This document shows positions 57,229-64,000 of a stretch of DNA of 64,000 nucleotides, in pieces. Every line of letters starts with the position of its first letter. The stretch's first letter is position 1. Under the pieces are notes generated by a model, which saw only the letters and a program-made list of their open reading frames with translations, did not search any database and was not told where the DNA came from. The stretch is from Faecousia sp. (lineage in GTDB: Bacteria; Bacillota; Clostridia; Oscillospirales; Oscillospiraceae), in assembly GCA_045596405.1 (NCBI GenBank), contig JAZOCJ010000036.1:1821-65820 (forward strand), written 5' to 3'. A program made the position numbers and the translations under genes.

Positions 57229-57699
57229 TCAGCGCAGTTTTTCGCCGTTTAAGGTGGCTTCAATCAGCCGGTCGCCGTCATAGCGAAGGGTGAGCAGGAA
57301 GAAGGGCGCATCCTGCCACAGCAGTTCCAGAAAGATTTTGTCGCCTTCCCATTGGGGCAGGGTATTCAGAAAATCCCGGTGCACCCACTGCAGGTCGCCT
57401 TCGTCGCATTCTTTCAGCTCACCGGCAAAGCCGTCAGCGGTGAACAGGTACATATATTCCCCGTCCCAGGGTCCGTTGGTCAGAAAGGTGACGATGCCCC
57501 GGCACTGCCACCGGGTCAATGTCAGCCCGGTCTCCTCCCGCACCTCCCGGAGCAAACACTGGTCGGGAGATTCCTCAGGCTCAAATTTGCCCCCGATGCC
57601 GATCCATTTGTCCTGGTTTACATCGTTTTTCTTTTTCGTCCGGTGGAGCATCAGCACCTGGTCTCCCCGGGTGATATAACACAGAGTGGTATTGATCAT
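57229..57699 (-). CDS. 8-oxo-dGTP diphosphatase (MutT/MutX Nudix)
   Basis: GGKFE..REVREETGL, ECDEGDL.W, WEGD. Confidence 0.92.
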   Translation of the reverse strand: MINTTLCYITRGDQVLMLHRTKKKNDVNQDKWIGIGGKFEPEESPDQCLLREVREETGLTLTRWQCRGIVTFLTNGPWDGEYMYLFTADGFAGELKECDEGDLQWVHRDFLNTLPQWEGDKIFLELLWQDAPFFLLTLRYDGDRLIEATLNGEKLR

Positions 57700-57710
57700 A
57701 ATCGATTCCT

Positions 57711-58592
57711 TTACTTGATGAGGCGGATGGCGCGGTACAGATTTTCTACCTCCACCCGGGACTGCCCCGGGGCGGCTTCGCCGTCCAGTGTCCAGGAAAG
57801 GTCTGCGTCGGTAAAGATCTCAACACGCTGGGCACTGCGGAAGGTCATCATCTTACAGTTGTATTTCTGCTTCTGCACCGCCTGGATGCACTCGGCGATC
57901 TCGGAAAGATCCCGGGGGGCGCGTACCAGCAAGACTTCAAATTTGCCGTCGCTCATATCCACCTGTTTGGGGTCTAATGTGAGAATGCCCCCCAGACTGG
58001 TGGAATTGCAGATGGCACCGAAGAGAAATTCGTCCTCTACCACCTCTCCGTCCAGCTCCAGACGCACGTGCTCTGTCCGGATTTGGGACAGCTCCTGGAT
58101 GCCCCCCAGCAGGTAGGCGGTATGCCCAAGGGCATTTTTTACACTCTGGGGCGTGGAATAGCTGGTGCGGGTGAATGCACCGAAGGATGCCACATAGGAG
58201 AAGAACCGGTCCCCAAACCGCCCGATATCATAGTCGTGGGGCGTGCCATCCGCAATTTGCCGTGCCGCATCCACCACATTGGTGGGAAGCCCCAGACTGC
58301 TGGCAAAATCGTTGGTAGAGCCGCTGGGGATATAGCCGATGGGGGTGTCCGCGCCGCTGGCAAGCAGACCGGACACAGTCTCGTTAAATGTGCCGTCGCC
58401 ACCGCAGCAGACGATCAGGTCCATTTCCTCCGCCCGTGCCTGGACTGCCCGGATAGCGTCTCCCCGGGTCTGGGTGATATAGGTGTTCACATCAAAGCCT
58501 CTGCGGTTGAACACGGCGATGATGTCTGCCAGATGCCGGTTTGCCTTTCGCATACCGGCACAGGGATTTACGATCAGGAACAGCTTTTTCAT
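57711..58592 (-). CDS. Diacylglycerol-kinase-family lipid kinase (YegS-like)
   Basis: NPCAG, GGDGT.NE, PSGSTNDFA, LDGE; start at MKKLF. Confidence 0.93.
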   Translation of the reverse strand: MKKLFLIVNPCAGMRKANRHLADIIAVFNRRGFDVNTYITQTRGDAIRAVQARAEEMDLIVCCGGDGTFNETVSGLLASGADTPIGYIPSGSTNDFASSLGLPTNVVDAARQIADGTPHDYDIGRFGDRFFSYVASFGAFTRTSYSTPQSVKNALGHTAYLLGGIQELSQIRTEHVRLELDGEVVEDEFLFGAICNSTSLGGILTLDPKQVDMSDGKFEVLLVRAPRDLSEIAECIQAVQKQKYNCKMMTFRSAQRVEIFTDADLSWTLDGEAAPGQSRVEVENLYRAIRLIK

Positions 58593-58700
58593 ACAGATCA
58601 CCTTGGGGATTTCAGATTTGTTATTATTATAGCCCCAATGGGAAAAAAGCGCAAGAACAAAGATGGCAGGTTTGGCATAGGATAGTCGGAGGCGATTTTT

Positions 58701-59657
58701 ATGATAATTGTCAATACTGCAGTGCCCATTACATCCCAAAGCTGTGAGGAAATGATCCAGAGAATCGTCAGCACCTATCCCTTTTGCCGCACGGAGGAGC
58801 TGATCTTCACGGCGTTTCAGCGCCCTGTGCGCACCCTGGTCATCGGCACAGGGGAGCGGAAGGTCATATACTCGGCAGCCCATCACGCCAACGAATGGAT
58901 CACCAGTCTGGTACTTTTGAAATTCGCGGAGGAGTTTGCCCGGGCGATCCAGGACGGTGGGCGAATTTTTGACCGGGATGCCAGGGCGCTCGCCCAACAG
59001 GCGACGATCTATATGGTGCCTATGGTCGATCCCGACGGGGTGGACTTAGTGACCGGGGCGATCCAGCCGGGGAATATCCAGTATGATCTTGCCCAGCGGC
59101 TGGCGCAGGAGTATCCTGCCATCCCGTTTCCTGAGGGGTGGAAAGCCAACCTTTTGGGGGTAGACTTAAATTTGCAGTATCCTGCCGGATGGCTGCAGGC
59201 GAGGGAGATCAAATTCAGCCAGGGCTTCACCCGCCCCGGACCCCGGGATTATGTGGGGCGTGCGCCCCTGAATCAACTGGAGACACAGGCGCTGGCAGGC
59301 TATACCGAATTTATCGACCCGGCACTGGTACTGGCGTACCACGCCCAGGGCGGGGAGATCTACTGGCAGTTTAAGGATTATGAAGTGCCGGGTGCGGAAG
59401 ACTTGGGCAGGGAATTTGCCCGGCTCAGTGGGTACACTTTGACGGATGCGCCCTATGCTTCCGGTTTTGCCGGCTATAAGGACTGGTTTATCCAGCAGTT
59501 CCGCAAACCGGGCTACACCATTGAGGTGGGACGGGGAGAAAACCCTCTGCCCCTTTCCCAGTTTGATGAGATCTACCGGGATAATCTGGGGATACTGGTC
59601 ACCGCTGCCGCAGGGCTGGAGACAGAAGAAACGCCGGATAGGGAAGAGACGCCATAG
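58701..59657 (+). CDS. M14 gamma-D-glutamyl-meso-DAP peptidase-like protein
   Basis: HANEW, PMVDPDG, WKAN..GVDLN, YHAQG, GYKDWF, TIEVG. Confidence 0.88.
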   Translation: MIIVNTAVPITSQSCEEMIQRIVSTYPFCRTEELIFTAFQRPVRTLVIGTGERKVIYSAAHHANEWITSLVLLKFAEEFARAIQDGGRIFDRDARALAQQATIYMVPMVDPDGVDLVTGAIQPGNIQYDLAQRLAQEYPAIPFPEGWKANLLGVDLNLQYPAGWLQAREIKFSQGFTRPGPRDYVGRAPLNQLETQALAGYTEFIDPALVLAYHAQGGEIYWQFKDYEVPGAEDLGREFARLSGYTLTDAPYASGFAGYKDWFIQQFRKPGYTIEVGRGENPLPLSQFDEIYRDNLGILVTAAAGLETEETPDREETP

Positions 59658-59773
59658 CGACCGGACTGTGAATGATGTACACCCTGCGGAAGCTTTTCCG
59701 CAGGGTATTTATTCTTCTTGCATAATTGCTGACCTTCCGATATAATAAAGAAAAGAGAAATTGGAGGGGCGAT

Positions 59774-60376
59774 ATGGCAAAGCTTTACTTCAAATACGGC
59801 GCGATGGGCTCCAGTAAAACGGCCCAGGCGCTGATCACCAAGTACAATTACGAGGAGAACGGTCTGCTGGTCTGGCTCATTAAGCCCAGTGCCGATGTCC
59901 GGGACGGGGCGCATATCCTGCGCAGCCGTATCGGACTGCAAGCGCAGGTGGAGATCATCCTCCCGGAGACACAGGTCTACACCCTGTTCTGCCAGACCCA
60001 GCGGGGGCAATGCGATGTGATCATCGTGGACGAGTGTCAGTTCCTGACACCGGCACAGATCGATCAGCTGCGCACTATTGTGAATGAGGACAACATCCCG
60101 GTGATGTGCTTCGGCCTGCGCACGGATTTCCAGACCAAGCTGTTCCCCGGCAGTATGCGGCTGATGGAGGTGGCGGACACCATCCAGGAGATCAAGACCA
60201 TTTGTGACTGCGGCGCAAAGGCTACCGTCAATGCCCGTATCGATGGGGAAGGACATATTATCACCGAGGGCGCACAGGTGGTGCTGGGCGGCAACGACTG
60301 CTATATCGCTATGTGCCACAAGTGCTGGATCAAGGGCATCCGGGAGAACCGGAAGATCAAATTACACGGACAGTGA
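59774..60376 (+). CDS. tdk: Thymidine kinase
   Basis: YGAMGSSKT, VDECQFL, FGLRTDF, KTICDCG. Confidence 0.97.
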   Translation: MAKLYFKYGAMGSSKTAQALITKYNYEENGLLVWLIKPSADVRDGAHILRSRIGLQAQVEIILPETQVYTLFCQTQRGQCDVIIVDECQFLTPAQIDQLRTIVNEDNIPVMCFGLRTDFQTKLFPGSMRLMEVADTIQEIKTICDCGAKATVNARIDGEGHIITEGAQVVLGGNDCYIAMCHKCWIKGIRENRKIKLHGQ

Positions 60377-60388
60377 GGAGAAAATACA

Positions 60389-61075
60389 ATGGAACTGAAA
60401 GAAATTCTTGCCAAGTGCGACCACACCCTGCTTGCCCAGACGGCTACCTGGGCGGAGATCAAATCCATCTGCGATGACGGTATGAAGTACGGCACAGCAT
60501 CGGTGTGTATCCCGGCATCCTTTGTGAAGCAGGCAAAGGACTATGTGGGCGAAAAGTTAGCCATCTGTACGGTCATTGGCTTCCCCAACGGCTATGCCAC
60601 CACGGCATCCAAGTGTTTTATGGCATCCGACGCGGTGGAAAACGGCGCAGATGAGGTGGATATGGTCATCAATATCGGCTGGGTCAAGGACGGAAAGTAT
60701 GATCTGGTGTTGGACGAAATCAAGGCGATCAAGACCGCCTGCAAGGGCAAGCTCCTGAAGGTCATCATTGAAACCTGTCTTCTCACCGATGCGGAGAAGA
60801 TCGAGATGTGCCGGGTAGTTACCGAATCCGGGGCAGACTATATTAAAACCTCCACCGGCTTCTCCACCGCCGGTGCGACCTTTGCGGATGTGGCGCTGTT
60901 TGCCAAGCATATCGGCGAAAATGTGAAGATCAAGGCCGCCGGCGGCATCAGCAGCCTGGAGGATGCGGAGAAGTTTATCGCTTTGGGCGCGTCCCGGCTG
61001 GGCACTTCCCGGGTGGTCAAGCTTGCCAAGGCCATGGAGGCCGGCAAAGAAGCCAAGAATGATGGCTCTTATTAA
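60389..61075 (+). CDS. deoC: Deoxyribose-phosphate aldolase
   Basis: DHTLL, IGFPNG, KVIIET, KTSTGF, KAAGGI, RLGTS. Confidence 0.98.
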   Translation: MELKEILAKCDHTLLAQTATWAEIKSICDDGMKYGTASVCIPASFVKQAKDYVGEKLAICTVIGFPNGYATTASKCFMASDAVENGADEVDMVINIGWVKDGKYDLVLDEIKAIKTACKGKLLKVIIETCLLTDAEKIEMCRVVTESGADYIKTSTGFSTAGATFADVALFAKHIGENVKIKAAGGISSLEDAEKFIALGASRLGTSRVVKLAKAMEAGKEAKNDGSY

Positions 61076-61087
61076 GGAGGAAATGTT

Positions 61088-61834
61088 ATGTTAACTACAC
61101 CGACCCCTCATATCAGTGCAAAGCCCGGTGATTTCGGCAAGACCGTGCTGATGCCCGGTGATCCTCTGCGCTCTAAATTTATTGCGGAGACCTTTCTGGA
61201 AAACCCGGTGCTGGTGAACAATGTCCGGGGCGTACAGGGCTACACCGGCTATTACAAGGGCGTGAAGGTGTCCGTGATGGCGTCCGGTATGGGTATGCCC
61301 GCCATCGGTATCTACTCCCACGAGCTGTATAACGGCTACGGGGTGGAGAATATTATTCGCGTAGGCTCTGCCGGCTCTATTCAGGAGCACATCAACCTGT
61401 ACGATCTGGTCATCGCCCAGGGCGCTTGCACGGACTCCAATTTTGCGCATCAGTTTCATCTGCCCGGCACATTCGCACCCATCGCGTCCTATGAGCTGCT
61501 CAGCGCAGCGGTAGAGGCGGCAAAGGCAAGCGGTGCGGTGTACCACGTGGGCAACGTCAACTCCTCCGATGTGTTTTACGGCGACCACGCAGGTGTCCCC
61601 GAGGGATTGGATAGTGTATACGGCCTCCAGAAAATGGGTGTCATGGCGCTGGAAATGGAGGCGGCGGCGCTGTATATGAACGCTGCCCGGTACGGCAAGC
61701 GCGCTCTGTGCATTTGCACCATTTCCGACCACGTGCTTAAGGGCGTGGAGACCACCTCCGAGGAACGGCAGACGGCGTTTACCACGATGATGAAGGTGGC
61801 GCTGGATGTGGCGGTAGCGATGGAGAACCAATAA
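61088..61834 (+). CDS. deoD: Purine nucleoside phosphorylase
   Basis: TPHI, MPGDPLR, GMGMP, RVGSAG, EMEAA, TISDH. Confidence 0.97.
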   Translation: MLTTPTPHISAKPGDFGKTVLMPGDPLRSKFIAETFLENPVLVNNVRGVQGYTGYYKGVKVSVMASGMGMPAIGIYSHELYNGYGVENIIRVGSAGSIQEHINLYDLVIAQGACTDSNFAHQFHLPGTFAPIASYELLSAAVEAAKASGAVYHVGNVNSSDVFYGDHAGVPEGLDSVYGLQKMGVMALEMEAAALYMNAARYGKRALCICTISDHVLKGVETTSEERQTAFTTMMKVALDVAVAMENQ

Positions 61835-61847
61835 AATTTATGAAATC

Positions 61848-61876
61848 GTAGGGGGCGTCGAAGGCGCCGCCCCCTA
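61848..61876. repeat. REP variant between deoD and deoB
   Basis: GTAGGGGGCGTCGAAGGCGCCGCCCCTAC. Confidence 0.75.
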
Positions 61877-61897
61877 CAGCTCTTAGAGGAGTGTTGT

Positions 61898-63061
61898 ATG
61901 AAACGCGTTTTCTTAATTGTACTGGATTCCTGTGGTATCGGAGCGATGCCGGACAGTGAAGCCTTTGGCGATGTGGGGGTCAACACCCTGCGCGCCTGTG
62001 CATCTTCTAAAAAACTGCAGATTCCTAATCTGATCAAAGCGGGGTTGGGCAACATTATTGGTGCTGAAGGCATTCCCGGAACGGATGCCCCTGCCGGCGC
62101 TTACGGGCGGCTGGCGGAAGCCTCTATGGGCAAGGATACCACCATCGGGCACTGGGAGATCGCGGGTGTTGTTTCTCCTGACCCGCTGCCCACCTATCCC
62201 AACGGATTTCCGGAGGAGGTGCTTGCACCGTTCCGGGAAGCTACCGGGCGGGGCGTTTTGGCAAATGCCCCTTGGTCGGGTACGGCGGTGATTGATGCCT
62301 ACGGCGAGGAGCATATGCGCACAGGCGATCTGATCGTGTATACCTCGGCGGACTCTGTGTTCCAGATCGCCGCCCACGAGGACATCGTGCCGCCGGAACA
62401 GCTTTACGAATACTGCCGCATCGCCCGGAATATCCTGCAGGGCAAGCACGGCGTGGGTCGGGTCATCGCCCGTCCCTTTGCGGGCGCGCCCGGGAATTTC
62501 AAGCGGACAGCAAACCGCCACGATTTTTCTTTAGAGCCGCCCCGGCAGACACTGTTGGATGCGGTAAAGGCGGCGGGACAGGCGTCCATCGGCGTGGGCA
62601 AGATCTACGATATTTTTGCAGGTCGTGGGCTGACGGAGCACGTCTACAACCAGAGCAATGCCAACGGTATGGAGCATACCACGAATTACGCAAAGCAGGA
62701 CTTTCGTGGGCTGTGCTTTGTGAATCTGGTGGACTTTGATATGCTCTACGGGCATCGCCGGGACATTGACGGCTATGCCCAGGCCCTGTCGGAATTCGAC
62801 ACCTGGCTGGGGCAGTTTATGCAGGGGCTGCAGGAAGACGATCTGGTGATCATCACTGCCGACCACGGCTGTGACCCGGCATACACTGCCACTACCGACC
62901 ACACCCGGGAATATGTGCCGCTTTTGGTGCTGGGCAAGGGTGTGAAGCCTGTGGATCTGGGCACCCGGGGCAGCTTTGCGGATATTGCTGCTACGGTGGC
63001 GGAGCTTCTGGATGTGAAGCTGGACACCCCGGGAACAAGTTTTGCGGATCAAATTTTATAG
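61898..63061 (+). CDS. deoB: Phosphopentomutase
   Basis: VLDSCGIG, GKDTTIGHWE, YTSADSV, NLVDFD, ADHGCDP, DHTRE. Confidence 0.98.
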   Translation: MKRVFLIVLDSCGIGAMPDSEAFGDVGVNTLRACASSKKLQIPNLIKAGLGNIIGAEGIPGTDAPAGAYGRLAEASMGKDTTIGHWEIAGVVSPDPLPTYPNGFPEEVLAPFREATGRGVLANAPWSGTAVIDAYGEEHMRTGDLIVYTSADSVFQIAAHEDIVPPEQLYEYCRIARNILQGKHGVGRVIARPFAGAPGNFKRTANRHDFSLEPPRQTLLDAVKAAGQASIGVGKIYDIFAGRGLTEHVYNQSNANGMEHTTNYAKQDFRGLCFVNLVDFDMLYGHRRDIDGYAQALSEFDTWLGQFMQGLQEDDLVIITADHGCDPAYTATTDHTREYVPLLVLGKGVKPVDLGTRGSFADIAATVAELLDVKLDTPGTSFADQIL

Positions 63062-63728
63062 TAGGGCGGGGGCTTGCCCCCGCCGCAACCAGGGGACAGA
63101 AATGGAATGGCCGAAAAGAAAACACCCAAGGTTAAAGGACTATGACTACAGCCTGCCAGGATACTATTATGTAACGATCCATATTGTGCCGGACGGACCG
63201 ATATTGTCCCACATAAGGCGCGCGACTGTCCCTGCTGAGGCGGATGTTATGTTAACTGACGCAGGGGGGATTGCACAGGAACAACTGTTCTTGCTAGAGG
63301 AACGGTATCCCTATGTAAAAGTGGATAAGTACGTCATAATGCCTACGCATATTCATATGATCCTTGCCTTTGCCGATGAAACGACGGCGGGGGCAGCTAT
63401 GCGCCCTACAGTAGGGGAAACGGAGGTGGCGGGGGCAGCTATGCGCCCTGCGTTATCGGAAGTAATTGGGGCTTATAAATCATTAACTACCCGTGCGTAT
63501 AACCGTCAACACAATGCCCAAGGGCAAAAGTTGTTTCAAGTATCGTTTTATGAAACGGTACTGAGAAACGAAAAGGCATATCAGGAATGTTGGCGGTACA
63601 TTGATGGAAATCCCGGGAAGTGGTTATTACACCAAGAGGAAACAGAATGGAATCGGCCATGACGGCGGGGGCAAGCCCCCGCCCTACAGTGGGAAAACGA
63701 AGACGGCGGGGGCGGCTATGTGCCCTAC
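63061..63728 (+). mobile_element. REPtron: RAYT gene flanked by inverted REPs
   Basis: REP GTAGGGCGGGGGCTTGCCCCCGCCG at 63061-63085; inverted REPs at 63663-63686 and 63704-63728. Confidence 0.88.
63102..63662 (+). CDS. REP-associated tyrosine transposase (RAYT, Y1/HUH family)
   Basis: RK..RL..YDYS..G.YYVTI, MPTHIH (HUH motif), YKS, YIDGNP (catalytic Tyr). Confidence 0.92.
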   Translation: MEWPKRKHPRLKDYDYSLPGYYYVTIHIVPDGPILSHIRRATVPAEADVMLTDAGGIAQEQLFLLEERYPYVKVDKYVIMPTHIHMILAFADETTAGAAMRPTVGETEVAGAAMRPALSEVIGAYKSLTTRAYNRQHNAQGQKLFQVSFYETVLRNEKAYQECWRYIDGNPGKWLLHQEETEWNRP

Positions 63729-63745
63729 AGTGGGAGGTTGCTGGT

Positions 63746-64000
63746 ATGAAACCGGAAGAATTGATCGCGTTGGCGAAAGAGGCTATGGAGCGGGCTTATG
63801 CACCCTACTCCGGCTACAAGGTCGGGGCGGCACTGCTGTGCGATGACGGGACGGTGTATCAGGGCTGCAACATTGAAAATGCATCCTACAGTCCCACCAA
63901 CTGCGCCGAGCGCACCGCCTTTTTCAAGGCGGTCTACGACGGCAAGCGGGCGTTTACCGCCATCGCCGTCTGCGGCGGAAAAGACGGAACGATCACCGGC
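63746..64000 (+). CDS. cdd: Cytidine deaminase (3' truncated by window edge)
   Basis: AYAPYS.YKVGAALL, GCNIENASY, CAERTA. Confidence 0.96.
   Translation, partial: MKPEELIALAKEAMERAYAPYSGYKVGAALLCDDGTVYQGCNIENASYSPTNCAERTAFFKAVYDGKRAFTAIAVCGGKDGTITG

Noticed and set aside
63102-63662. Ordinary IS200/IS605 TnpA with TnpB
   Set aside because: No tnpB is present; the N-terminal RL..YDYS motif and inverted GTAG REP flanks indicate a RAYT.

Overview
A 64 kb chromosomal segment from a moderately GC-rich anaerobic Firmicute; gene content and codon style suggest Clostridia, probably Oscillospiraceae (inference). Most of it is housekeeping: rny, tRNA-Leu, a redox-stress cluster (rubredoxin, trxAB, two Crp/Fnr regulators, a flavodiiron protein), feoAB, coaBC/panT/coaX, yabP-yabQ-divIC-yabR, tatD, fhs-fchA-folD, trmB-mnmG, an ABC exporter pair and tdk-deoC-deoD-deoB-cdd. 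Small AT-rich islets are scattered through it. No CRISPR array, rRNA, prophage or classical DDE transposase was seen. The most notable observations: (1) a ZMP/ZTP (pfl) riboswitch inside the fhs-fchA-folD operon gating a DUF1576-like membrane protein; (2) a degenerate upstream copy of tRNA-Leu with a ~100-nt structured insert in its D-loop, directly at the tRNA promoter; (3) a translationally coupled pair of a CHAP-amidase-dockerin protein and a membrane-anchored cohesin with a Cys/His-repeat stalk; (4) a REP-associated tyrosine transposase (RAYT) in the deo operon, carrying in-frame REP copies in its own ORF, with REP/REPIN loci across the window; (5) at least three other families of non-coding palindromic repeats, including a MITE inserted in a terminator loop. 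All calls were made by eye; no searches or folding programs were run.
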